DNA of 47,851 bases from assembly GCA_046583315.1 (NCBI GenBank), contig JAYGCN010000113.1, positions 1 to 47,851 of the forward strand, in the 5' to 3' direction. Under the pieces are notes generated by a model that did not search any database, was not told the DNA's origin, and was given only the letters and a program-made list of their open reading frames with translations. Source of the stretch: Candidatus Hydrogenedentota bacterium (GTDB lineage: Bacteria; Hydrogenedentota; Hydrogenedentia; Hydrogenedentales; GCA-2746185). This document shows, piece after piece, positions 37,684 through 47,851 of this stretch. Both the position numbers and the translations under genes were made by a program. Every line of letters begins with the position of its first letter. Position 1 is the stretch's first letter.

Positions 37684-37747
37684 CCGCAGATTATCGCAGA
37701 TTAAGAAACCGCTGTTTTACCGCGGAGGACGCGAAGAGCGCGGAGAA
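37684..37747. repeat. Short periodic repeats (cgcagatta x2; cgcggagga/cgcgaagag/cgcggagaa)
   Basis: 10-bp and 9-bp periodicity read directly. Confidence 0.6.
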
Positions 37748-37983
37748 TGCGAATTTTCCAAAGGAAGTTGGTCAATTTTCCAATAATCGTAAAGATAACC
37801 CCGGATGATCGTATTGTTGATAATGAGATAGGGAAAAAGAGAAAAAACGAACGCGATGAACGCCCACAAGTACATCCCAATAATAATCAGCACTGGGATC
37901 GCCGCCCAGGATACCCACGCATAAATAACCGAACCGCCTTGTGATATATTTTTTATTCTCTCCCAAGTCTTTATCGTCATCAT
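37717..37983 (-). CDS. Small AT-rich membrane protein, hypothetical
   Basis: 88-aa ORF with GAGGGA RBS and a two-helix hydrophobic core. Visibly lower GC than its neighbours. Confidence 0.6.
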   Translation of the reverse strand: MMTIKTWERIKNISQGGSVIYAWVSWAAIPVLIIIGMYLWAFIAFVFSLFPYLIINNTIIRGYLYDYWKIDQLPLENSHSPRSSRPPR

Positions 37984-37995
37984 ATTCCCTCAACG

Positions 37996-38871
37996 CTACC
38001 TAAGATTCCGCTTATCAAGAATCCGCGCCACGGCCACGGGACGATTCGTCAGCATGCTGTCCAATCCAAGGTCGAGCACCTCGTGGATTTCGAATTCGTC
38101 GTCGATGTTGTAAACGCAGATGGGAATGCCCTTGGCCTGGATTTTTGGGAAGTCCTCTTTCGTGATCCCATAACGCGCGAGGCCGTGATAATTCATGATC
38201 AACATGTCGGCTTCGAGTACGTAGTCGTCCCATTTGTCGCTGCGGAATGCGCTGAGCAGACGCGGAATTGTCCCGGCATCAAAACAAGTAGCAATACCCG
38301 GCGCCAACTTTTTGGCAATATCCATCTGCTTCGGATTGAAAGACGCCAGACACACGCGGTCCACGGCATCGGCTTCAATAATGGCCGCAACTAACGCTTC
38401 CGCACATCCTGGCTGGTCCTTAATCTCGATCAAAAAATGTGAATCGGGCAACGCGCGTAACGAGTCCGTCACCTTGCTGATTCTGTAGCCTTTGCCACGA
38501 AAGGGAAAGGTCTCGCCTTTATCGCTCGTGAAATTGTATCCCGCATCCAGCTTCTCGACTTCGGTCCAGGTCAGATTTGCGATCGCCCCCGTGCCATTCG
38601 TCGTGCGATCCACTTTCGAATCATGCAGAAACACCGCGACACCATCTTTCGTCACCCGCGTGTCCGTCTCGATCATCAGATCCGGCCATCGCGCAGCCGC
38701 CTCCTGAAAGGTTTTCAGCGTACTCTCGGGATGCCACTTCGCCCCGCAACGATGCGCACCGAAAATGAACGGTTTACTGAAGAACGGTTTTGACATGTCG
38801 GCCGTTGATGTGGCGGGCATGGCAGTAAACGCGATGACCAACGCAAGACATCCACTCAATTTCGACTTCAT
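37996..38871 (-). CDS. Glycerophosphodiester phosphodiesterase with signal peptide
   Basis: GAHR…PESTL, ETD…TKDG…LHD…DRTTNG, IEIK, ASF and LTNRP motifs. Confidence 0.9.
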   Translation of the reverse strand: MKSKLSGCLALVIAFTAMPATSTADMSKPFFSKPFIFGAHRCGAKWHPESTLKTFQEAAARWPDLMIETDTRVTKDGVAVFLHDSKVDRTTNGTGAIANLTWTEVEKLDAGYNFTSDKGETFPFRGKGYRISKVTDSLRALPDSHFLIEIKDQPGCAEALVAAIIEADAVDRVCLASFNPKQMDIAKKLAPGIATCFDAGTIPRLLSAFRSDKWDDYVLEADMLIMNYHGLARYGITKEDFPKIQAKGIPICVYNIDDEFEIHEVLDLGLDSMLTNRPVAVARILDKRNLR

Positions 38872-38883
38872 CGGACTCTCTCC

Positions 38884-39888
38884 TTATTCGGGTGGCGCGA
38901 CAGTAGGCTTCACCAATTCAATATCGGTATTACGGAATTCTTCTTCCAGTTTAGCAAACATCGCGTCGTCCTCATAGGTTCCTACAATAGCACCGCCGGA
39001 CCCCGAAAATTTCGCATGCGCACCGACGGATCGCGCCATGTCCACCATCGCCAAATCCCCCTCGGACAACTGAAACAAGGTCTTGCGCAAGTCAAAATTC
39101 TTGTCCATCAGCGGCCCAACTTCCGAAACGCGTCCAGCCTGCATCAAATCGTAGGCCTGTTGCGCGAAACCGCCGAACTGCTGCATCGCGTCAATCACCT
39201 GATGATCGCCATTATCCCAGCGCTCGCGAATGTTGTTATGGAACACTTCGGAGCCCTCGGCGAGACGCGTGCGGAACGCGACATACAAGTTCGGCAATTT
39301 TTCGAGGTCCACTTCCTCGTAATTTCCGTAACCCTGCGTGTCCATCGTGTCCTTGTCGAAATCCATGAACACGCAACCCTCGTAGACCTGAATCACGCGG
39401 TCCTGTAATCCACTCCCGATGCCAAGCTCTTCGTTTTCAATGCGCCAGATAAGATCGGCGAGCAAGGGCTTCGGAATCTCAACATCGTAAAACTCGAGCA
39501 AACAACGCATCGTCGCGGTAATCAACGCGCTCGACCCCGCCATGCCCACACGCCGCGGCACGGTCGAAGAATACCGCAACGAAAAATTCCGGTCGTGCAA
39601 TTCGATGCCGTCGCGCTCACAATAGTCCGCAAACCGAATCAGCGTCGCCTTGAACAGCCGTTCCGCGCCGTAATACCCATTTAATTTGATCGTCTGATGC
39701 AACGACTCCAGCGACTCATACTTCGGCAACTCCGCCTCATTCGGAATTAGCTCCAGCGAATCGCTCGGCGTCAACTCCACCTGCGCCGAAAATTCCCGAA
39801 TCACAAAACTAATCGTCTTGCCAAAATACCCGTCCGACGGATTACCAATCAAACCCGCCCGGGCAAACGCTTGATGCTGTATGGACAT
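38884..39888 (-). CDS. GHMP kinase, glucuronokinase-like
   Basis: ARAGLIGNPSDGYFGKTIS, PRRVGMAGSSA, GLQDRVIQ and KFSGSGGA motifs. Confidence 0.85.
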   Translation of the reverse strand: MSIQHQAFARAGLIGNPSDGYFGKTISFVIREFSAQVELTPSDSLELIPNEAELPKYESLESLHQTIKLNGYYGAERLFKATLIRFADYCERDGIELHDRNFSLRYSSTVPRRVGMAGSSALITATMRCLLEFYDVEIPKPLLADLIWRIENEELGIGSGLQDRVIQVYEGCVFMDFDKDTMDTQGYGNYEEVDLEKLPNLYVAFRTRLAEGSEVFHNNIRERWDNGDHQVIDAMQQFGGFAQQAYDLMQAGRVSEVGPLMDKNFDLRKTLFQLSEGDLAMVDMARSVGAHAKFSGSGGAIVGTYEDDAMFAKLEEEFRNTDIELVKPTVAPPE

Positions 39889-39943
39889 AAAAATACTTTC
39901 TTTCGTGTAGTGCTTGAGAAGTGCGCATAATAGCATGAAACTG

Positions 39944-40113
39944 CCCTTCTTTTCTTTCTCGGAAGAAAGAAAAGAAGCAAAAGAAAGACCGACGGATACT
40001 GCGTACCCTGATTGAGATCACGCACATTTCTATCTGGAAATACGAAGTATTTCTTGGTTTCTTTTGGAAAATATACCGTCCGTCAGGACCCTTTTCTTAT
40101 CAAAGAAAAGGTA
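39944..40113. repeat. Intergenic element bounded by two CT-rich/AG-rich palindromes (REP/MITE-like)
   Basis: 14-bp perfect IR 39946-39959/39964-39977 and 9-bp perfect IR 40090-40098/40103-40111, both containing AAGAAAAG. Confidence 0.65.
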
Positions 40114-40115
40114 AG

Positions 40116-41225
40116 TTATTGCTGCTGCCGCCTTTGCTCCCGAATTTCCCGCCTGAATTTCGCGACGGCGTTGTTGTGGTCGCGCAGGTTGCTGGTGAAG
40201 GTGTGGGATTTTCCGTCTGCGTTGGAGACGAAGAAGATGTAGTCGACGTCGGCGGGGTTGAGGGCAGCTTCGATGCTTTTGATTCCGGGATTGGAGATGG
40301 GGCCAGGGGGAAGTCCGCGTCGCTTGTAGGTGTTGTAGGGGGAGTCCACTTCCTTGTCTTCGTTGAGCAGGCGTTGACCGTATTTGTTGAGCGCGTACTG
40401 CAAGGTGGAGTCCATCTCGAGCGGCATCTTTTTTTCGAGGCGATTGTGGATGACCGCAGACACAAGGGCGCGCTCATGGTCGAGCCGTGCTTCTTCTTCG
40501 ATGAGCGACGCGATAATCAGCAGGGAGACTTTGTCCATGACCTGCGCATCCGGGTAACGCTCAAGCAGCACTGCATAATCGTGGTTAAACTGTTCGGCCA
40601 TGCGTGTCACGAGTGCTGTTGCATCCGGTTCTTTATCAAAAAAATACGTATTCGGCATTAGGAAGCCCTCTGCGGAACGCGCCGATACGCCAAAGGTCCC
40701 AAAAAGGTCGAGCACTGCTGTGGCTTCGAGAAAGGCCGCCGGATTGGGCCGTATTTCGGCGATCTGCGCGATGGTCAGACCTTCGGGAATGGTCACCTTG
40801 AACACCTCGCCGGGTTCAGCAACGGGTATTGTGCTGCGCAGGTGGTCGAGCAATTGTACGGGCGATTCGCCTTTGAATATCACGTGTTTTCCATGTCGAA
40901 TGCTGTCACTGGACGGGTTCAACGCGATGGCCACGCGAAAGAATAGTTCATGTTCGATGAAACCCTGTTCCGCCAGCAATCGTCCGACGGCTTGACCCGT
41001 GGCACCTTCGGGTACGACGAACTCAACCTCTTCGATCCCGGCCCGCGGATGGGTGATGTGGTCGTACAACAGATACGCGCCGACCGCCCCTACCCCGACA
41101 AGCGTGATTAGAGTCAAAAACAGGAACCCAAGCACGCGCGGCCATCGACGTTTCTTTTTCGGCAGTCTAAACTCCGGATCGTTCGGGTCATCCAGGTCAC
41201 CAATATCGTAGAGGTCGTCGCTCAT
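40116..41225 (-). CDS. mltG: Endolytic transglycosylase MltG
   Basis: N-terminal TM helix, TIPEG, EGFLMPNTY, ASLIEEE, NRL and SPYNTY..GLPPGPISNPG motifs. Confidence 0.96.
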   Translation of the reverse strand: MSDDLYDIGDLDDPNDPEFRLPKKKRRWPRVLGFLFLTLITLVGVGAVGAYLLYDHITHPRAGIEEVEFVVPEGATGQAVGRLLAEQGFIEHELFFRVAIALNPSSDSIRHGKHVIFKGESPVQLLDHLRSTIPVAEPGEVFKVTIPEGLTIAQIAEIRPNPAAFLEATAVLDLFGTFGVSARSAEGFLMPNTYFFDKEPDATALVTRMAEQFNHDYAVLLERYPDAQVMDKVSLLIIASLIEEEARLDHERALVSAVIHNRLEKKMPLEMDSTLQYALNKYGQRLLNEDKEVDSPYNTYKRRGLPPGPISNPGIKSIEAALNPADVDYIFFVSNADGKSHTFTSNLRDHNNAVAKFRREIREQRRQQQ

Positions 41226-41659
41226 TCACCACGCTTCCGGAGATTGGCCTGTCGATCCAAATAGAGCTGCAAGATTTGCTGTGCGGCAACCTTGTCAATC
41301 ACCTTCTTGCGTTTCTTGGCGTTCATGTTGGCTTCAATCAAATTGCGATGCGCGGCAGCGGTGCTGAAGCGTTCATCCTGTGTGACAATCTCTACATTCG
41401 TAACGGCTTTAATCTCCTCGATAAACGCGAGAACCTTCTCGGCTTGCGGACCGATCTCGCCGTTTTGATTCAAGGGAATGCCTGCAACGATGAGTACGGC
41501 TTCCTGCTCCTCAACAATCTGCTTGATAGCGAGCGCGTCGGTCTCGGGATCGGACATCTGAACCGTGTCGAAAGCAGAGGCTATCATGCCCAAGGGATCG
41601 CTTACCGCGACTCCCGTGCGTGCCTCGCCAATGTCCAAGCCGATCATGCGGCCTTCCAT
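41222..41659 (-). CDS. ruvX: Holliday junction resolvase-like / pre-16S rRNA nuclease RuvX (YqgF)
   Basis: GLDIG..RTGVAVSD, G.P, DERFST and IDKVAA..ILQ.YLD motifs. Confidence 0.95.
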   Translation of the reverse strand: MEGRMIGLDIGEARTGVAVSDPLGMIASAFDTVQMSDPETDALAIKQIVEEQEAVLIVAGIPLNQNGEIGPQAEKVLAFIEEIKAVTNVEIVTQDERFSTAAAHRNLIEANMNAKKRKKVIDKVAAQQILQLYLDRQANLRKRGE

Positions 41660-41860
41660 ATGAACCCCCCCCGTGCCAGCGTATGCCGACGGTCATTCGA
41701 AATTCGTTGTGCGCATAATAAACGAGGGGACAAAGGAGAATCCAGCCGAAGAGGTGAAGGGAGTATCCCGTATCCCGTATAATGCTACTTTCTTGTGCGA
41801 CTTTCCCCCGATTTTTGCCCAATCGGCGCGATTATTTATTGACCCACGAATGCAGAATCC

Positions 41861-43090
41861 ATGACCTCGAACCCCACAGCGACCAGAACCTTTTCCCCGG
41901 GAAAAGCGCGTGTCGCCATATTTATGACCCTGTTTACCGCGGGCGTAGGGAACTCCTTCGTGTTTGCGGTGCTTCCTGCCCTGGGGCGCCAAATCGGACT
42001 TGTCGAAATCCAGATTGGCTCAATCATTGCCGTGGCCGCACTGGTGTTCATGATCGCCGCACCCATCTGGGGACACCGTTCGGAAGCCTGGGGACGTCGT
42101 CCGGTGATACTTTTCGCATTGGGGGCCTATGCGATAACGACAATCCTGTTCGCCACGGTAGTACGCTTCGGCCTGAACGGCGTACTTCCAATCATGGCGA
42201 CGTATATCCTTCTGTTGTTGACGCGTAGTATATTTACTGCAGGAATTTCTGGATTATTTCCATGCTCCCAGGCGTACATGGCGGACATTACCACGCCCAA
42301 AGAACGCACCTCGGGCATGGCGCTGGTCGGCATGGCATCGGGCGCAGGAATGATAGCCGGCCCGGGCTTCGCCGCACTATTTGCGCCTTATGGTTTGATC
42401 ACACCCTTCTACGCCGTGGCGGCCTTGGCGGTGATCGCCGGAATCTTCGTGTTTCGTGGCATCGTCGATGTGCCACGCGAGCAGCCGCCGGAGGATGCCG
42501 TTCAGCAATCGCTATTCAATCGACGACTCATCCCTTTTTTTATGCTGTCGACCACGATGATGACAACGCTTTCATCGATGCAACAGTCAACAGGATTCTA
42601 CATCCAGGATATGTTTCACCTATCCACCGAGCAGGCCGCACAACGGGTCGGGGGCGCATTGATGATGTCGGCCCTGGCATCGGTAAGCTCCCAGTTTATC
42701 TTTGTGCAACGCATGGGATGGTCGGCGCGCACATTGTTGCGCACGGGGCCGCCCATTACGATTCTGGGGATACTTCTGTTTGCAACCACGTCCAACTATG
42801 GCGTGATGGTCGCTTCGATGGGCGTGTTCGGTATTGGATTCGGCATGATCATGCCGGGCGTGACGTCTTCACTATCAATGAGCGTCTCCGGACATGAACA
42901 GGGTCGCGTGGCTGGCCTGAACACCTCGGCGCAGGGCATGGGATTCATCATTGGACCGCTGCTGGGCTCGGGACTCTATCAGATCTACCCGCGTTTGCCC
43001 TATGCGCTATGCGTGGGCCTGCTGTGCGGTTCATTGTTCCTGGTCCATCACATTACGCGTCAATTGAAAGAGGAAGGTACGCATACCTGA
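41861..43090 (+). CDS. MFS transporter (drug:H+ antiporter-like)
   Basis: About 12 TM helices, WG..SE.WGRRPV (motif A), AYMADIT and GM.AGP (motif C-like). Confidence 0.9.
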   Translation: MTSNPTATRTFSPGKARVAIFMTLFTAGVGNSFVFAVLPALGRQIGLVEIQIGSIIAVAALVFMIAAPIWGHRSEAWGRRPVILFALGAYAITTILFATVVRFGLNGVLPIMATYILLLLTRSIFTAGISGLFPCSQAYMADITTPKERTSGMALVGMASGAGMIAGPGFAALFAPYGLITPFYAVAALAVIAGIFVFRGIVDVPREQPPEDAVQQSLFNRRLIPFFMLSTTMMTTLSSMQQSTGFYIQDMFHLSTEQAAQRVGGALMMSALASVSSQFIFVQRMGWSARTLLRTGPPITILGILLFATTSNYGVMVASMGVFGIGFGMIMPGVTSSLSMSVSGHEQGRVAGLNTSAQGMGFIIGPLLGSGLYQIYPRLPYALCVGLLCGSLFLVHHITRQLKEEGTHT

Positions 43091-43099
43091 GCGGCAAGT

Positions 43100-43876
43100 C
43101 TACTGGCTTGATGCCTTCTCGGCCGTCGTCTCTTCAATATAACCATCAATGTCGAGTTCTTTTCGTGCACGTCCAATGGTGTCGATATAGTCCCATTCCA
43201 GACTGAGCGGCTTCCAGTTGAAACCGTCGAGCACGGCAAGAAAACCCAATCGCGCGGCCAAATGGCGATTGAACTGGCGCTGTTGCAACGGCCAGTAAGG
43301 ATTGCGTGATTCGAAGGTGTTTCCGCCGAAGGTCAGACATAGGAGCGGATAGGAAATCATGGCAGCCGATTGGCAGCCCGGTATGACGACATCGCCATCT
43401 TCAATGGCTTCTTCCACGATCCGGGTGAGCAGATCAAAGGCGCGGGCTTCGTAATCTTCAAGCGTCTCCCGATGACTTTTCGTAGCCTTTTCACGGACCG
43501 AGTTGGGTTGAAGAATGCACAAAATCTTGAGGTGTTCGGGATAGGTCCGAAACGTGAATTCGTTCATGGCGACGAGTTTTTCGCGCGCACGACCGTCGAA
43601 AGTAGCCGCGCGTTTTAACAGCTTCCACCGCTGAATGGTATCTTCAATCGCCAGGCCCATGACGACGTCTTCGCGAGACGTGAAATGTTCGTAGATGGGG
43701 GGACGGGAACAGCTCATTTCTTTCGCCAACCGATCAATGGTTACGGCAGTGAAGCCCTCGTTGTCGATGAGCGCGCGTGCCACCTTCAAAATCAAGCCGG
43801 GGCGATCCCGAATCTCCCGTTGTTTGGGGGATAAAGGCTTACTTGGCGCGTCTATATGGTCAATTTCCATGAGCAA
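43100..43876 (-). CDS. TetR/AcrR-family transcriptional regulator
   Basis: N-terminal HTH: IL..A..LI..EGF..VTID.LA..M..SR..IY.HF.SRED. Confidence 0.88.
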   Translation of the reverse strand: MLMEIDHIDAPSKPLSPKQREIRDRPGLILKVARALIDNEGFTAVTIDRLAKEMSCSRPPIYEHFTSREDVVMGLAIEDTIQRWKLLKRAATFDGRAREKLVAMNEFTFRTYPEHLKILCILQPNSVREKATKSHRETLEDYEARAFDLLTRIVEEAIEDGDVVIPGCQSAAMISYPLLCLTFGGNTFESRNPYWPLQQRQFNRHLAARLGFLAVLDGFNWKPLSLEWDYIDTIGRARKELDIDGYIEETTAEKASSQ

Positions 43877-43891
43877 TACATCCCGCTATCA

Positions 43892-44899
43892 TCAATTCAA
43901 AATCGGTGTCAGAACCATGTTGCGATACTTTACGGCCGTATGGTCACCCTGTAAATAGAGGGGTCCCGGCCGAAATTCATCGGACCACATGGCGCCACCC
44001 GTGCATCCCTGAAGCGGCTGGTTGTCGATGATTTTCGTGCCATTTAGAATTACCGTGATGTGGCGATCAACCAGCGTGATGTCCAGCGTCTGCCAAGTTC
44101 CCGGCTTGGTCTCGACCGCTTCCGAAGGCGTGATGCGACTGTAGACCGCGCCCATGTGATGCGAGTCGCGCTTCATTCCGTAACTCTCCATCACTTGCAC
44201 TTCATAAATCCCGCGCAGATAGATGCCGCTGTTACCGTCTTTCTCCACGCTCACTTCTGTATTGAGATTGAAGTCTTCAAACTCGGCCTCGGTCTGAAGA
44301 TTTCCAAAACGCACGTGACGTTTACCATCTTGTTTGTAGTCGTTGATCAAGGTGCCCTTTTTCATGATCCAGGCGCTCTTGCTCTTCGGGTTTACTAGAC
44401 GCCAGCCGTCAAGACTGTTCTTTTTGAACAACTCGATCGGTTTTCCATATTTCACTTTGGAAAGATTCGGTGCGGGCGGCAGATCCATGATCCGTGTTCC
44501 GGTGAATTCCGAAACCGTAACGCCTTCACCGGATCGTCGAGGATCATGACGTGTCAGCTTGAGATCGTTTCCGTCGATGGTGGCCGTGATGGTCTCAATA
44601 AAGGTGTGCGTCTTGATGACTTTGCCGGCATCGTCTTTGCGCGCCTGCTTGCGCTCGCGCGTCACGTACAGCGTATCACCATCCACGTAGGTGCTTGCCG
44701 TGTCAACGACACTGCCGCCGCCCCAAAGAATCGTTGAGTCATAATAGCCGCCTTCATCGGTCACGCCCAGCCATCCCGCGCCACCGCCAGGAATCGTCAA
44801 TGCCCAACGTCCAAGAAAAGGCTCAATGCCTTCGGCAAAAACAGATCCCGCAACAAGAAGCGCGGCTACTAACAAAAACTTGTTTTTATTGATTTTCAC
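43892..44899 (-). CDS. DUF1080 (3-keto-disaccharide hydrolase-like) secreted protein
   Basis: Signal peptide, LF...LDGW, FEDF.L, GNSGIYLRG.YEVQV and GPLYLQGDH..V.YRN motifs. Confidence 0.88.
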   Translation of the reverse strand: MKINKNKFLLVAALLVAGSVFAEGIEPFLGRWALTIPGGGAGWLGVTDEGGYYDSTILWGGGSVVDTASTYVDGDTLYVTRERKQARKDDAGKVIKTHTFIETITATIDGNDLKLTRHDPRRSGEGVTVSEFTGTRIMDLPPAPNLSKVKYGKPIELFKKNSLDGWRLVNPKSKSAWIMKKGTLINDYKQDGKRHVRFGNLQTEAEFEDFNLNTEVSVEKDGNSGIYLRGIYEVQVMESYGMKRDSHHMGAVYSRITPSEAVETKPGTWQTLDITLVDRHITVILNGTKIIDNQPLQGCTGGAMWSDEFRPGPLYLQGDHTAVKYRNMVLTPILN

Positions 44900-45083
44900 G
44901 AGTTTTTCTCCACTTCAACTTCTCTGGAACACTAATGGATTACAAGATAGATAATCAAACGTCAAGTATAACCCGTAGTGTCGATATTGTATCCATAATA
45001 CTGCGATTGGGTGTAACAGCCGAGCGTTCGAGTCGAAATTTGCCCAGATATCGAGAGAACATGGTGGGAGAAGGTGTAACAGT

Positions 45084-45116
45084 AAAGGGTGCCTGGGACG
45101 GTTCCAGGCACCCTTT
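45084..45116 (-). terminator. Hairpin downstream of glnK (probable terminator)
   Basis: AAAGGGTGCCTGG-N7-CCAGGCACCCTTT, a 13-bp perfect IR. Confidence 0.75.
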
Positions 45117-45143
45117 GGTGTTTTGCTCTATTGGTGCAGATCG

Positions 45144-46878
<1,735 letters not shown>

Positions 46879-47080
46879 GATAGTCCTCCGTCCAAAAAGG
46901 GTTAAATTCTTGTCATTGATCACTATAAATCCTACATTTTGGTAGATCTATACCCCCTAAAACTTCCAAAATGTAGGCTGAATTCACTCGGTTGAGCCGC
47001 GTTCCACCTGACTTAGTGCCCATTTGCGAGCCTATCGCGATCATACAGCCCAATGCTGTATGACAACACCGCTTCGTAAG

Positions 47081-47097
47081 AGCATTTCCTGTGCCAA
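47081..47097 (-). promoter_or_regulatory. sigma54 (-24/-12) promoter of amtB-glnK
   Basis: TTGGCAC-AGGAA-ATGCT with GG-N10-GC spacing, upstream of a nitrogen-assimilation operon. Confidence 0.75.
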
Positions 47098-47126
47098 CTC
47101 GGGTGACTTTACCGCCGGGTTGAAAG

Positions 47127-47156
47127 TTGACATTTTTAGTCCACGAATGGTATATT
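47127..47156 (+). promoter_or_regulatory. sigma70 promoter TTGACA-N18-TATATT with extended -10 TG, towards dnaG
   Basis: Consensus -35 and near-consensus -10. Confidence 0.65.
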
Positions 47157-47339
47157 TTTAGCGAAATTGACAGGTCAAGGGGGTGTTCCATCTCTACGGG
47201 CCATTTTTGAGTCATTTCGGCATAGTTGGGTTGCATGAATCGCACTATTTACAGTGAGGCGTTTGCCCAAGGTAATCGTTCGATCGGCGAGACATTTCTG
47301 TGCTCGGGTTGAGTCGTTCGGCGAGGAAAAGTTGGTCAC

Positions 47340-47851
47340 TTGAAACAGTCACGAGACGATACAAAAGACCAAGTCAAAAACGCTACGGATATCGTCGATG
47401 TCATTGGCGGTTATGTTGAACTAAAACCTTCAGGCCATGGCAGACTAAAAGCCTTGTGCCCGTTTCATCAGGAGAAGACACCTTCATTTACAGTCAGCCG
47501 TGACAATCAATCCTTCTTCTGTTTTGGATGCGAGAAAGGCGGCGATGTTTTTACATTCCTGCAAGAGATCGACAACCTCACGTTCCCCGAAGCCTTGCAG
47601 CTTTTGGCGGATCGAGCGAGCATTCAGCTTCCGGAGTATCGTGGACAGGGCAAGCAGGAAACAAATATACGAAAACAACTGGTCGACCTGGGTAGCTTTG
47701 CCTATCGGGTCTATCAGCAACAATTAAATCAGGACGGGCAGGACAACGCAGGGTCTCAGTACTTGGCATCGCGTAAACTTTCTGCCGCGACAATTGAATC
47801 ATTTGGATTGGGTTACGTGCCGGAAGCCTGGCAGACGCTGACCGATGCCGC
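47340..47851 (+). CDS. dnaG: DNA primase (3'-truncated by window edge; absent from ORF track)
   Basis: TTG start gives MKQSRDDTKDQVKNATDIVDVIGGYVELK…LCPFHQEKTPSF…FFCFGCEKGGDVF (CHC2 zinc finger), then FGLGY.P. Confidence 0.95.
   Translation, partial: MKQSRDDTKDQVKNATDIVDVIGGYVELKPSGHGRLKALCPFHQEKTPSFTVSRDNQSFFCFGCEKGGDVFTFLQEIDNLTFPEALQLLADRASIQLPEYRGQGKQETNIRKQLVDLGSFAYRVYQQQLNQDGQDNAGSQYLASRKLSAATIESFGLGYVPEAWQTLTDA

Noticed and set aside
41665..41672. C8/G8 tract upstream of ruvX as a phase-variation switch
   Set aside because: Short, non-coding and simply serves as the G-rich RBS region.
46913..47245. 110-aa minus-strand ORF upstream of amtB
   Set aside because: No RBS or recognisable motif, and it spans promoters and hairpins, so it is more likely non-coding.
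47240..47258. GCAC…GTGA as an NtrC binding site
   Set aside because: Spacing and right half-site do not fit GCAC-N7-GTGC.

Overview
A gene-dense bacterial chromosomal segment made up mostly of housekeeping genes. My tentative guess from protein style is a Hydrogenedentota/PVC-like organism, which I cannot verify here. The + strand carries the 3' part of uvrC, an alpha/beta hydrolase with a histone-H1-like tail, DUF456, a degenerate GH2-like protein, an FmdB zinc ribbon, argD-argF-argG-argH, a REC-GAF-HD-GYP regulator, a degenerate GH106-like protein, glycerate kinase, a Wzm/Wzt ABC transporter and two tandem paralogous radical SAM genes. A long - strand run follows, in transcription order: infC (ATT start, L20-leader-like attenuator), rpmI, rplT, hisA, tyrA, tmk, holB, ricT, tatD, pabB/C, a hidden 49-aa ORF, a membrane protein and clpP. 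The right part holds a saccharopine-dehydrogenase-like gene, a diguanylate cyclase, a ThDP enzyme, GDPD, a glucuronokinase-like GHMP kinase, mltG-ruvX, MFS, TetR, DUF1080, amtB-glnK with a sigma54 promoter, and the 5' end of dnaG. I saw no tRNA, rRNA, CRISPR array or transposase. The best candidate for an undescribed system is the Wzm/Wzt plus tandem radical SAM module. Other notable items are an Asn-triad ClpP, two apparent pseudo-glycosidases, a Firmicutes-type L20 leader, two overlooked small ORFs and short palindromic intergenic elements. All family calls come from motif recognition by eye; no database searches were run.
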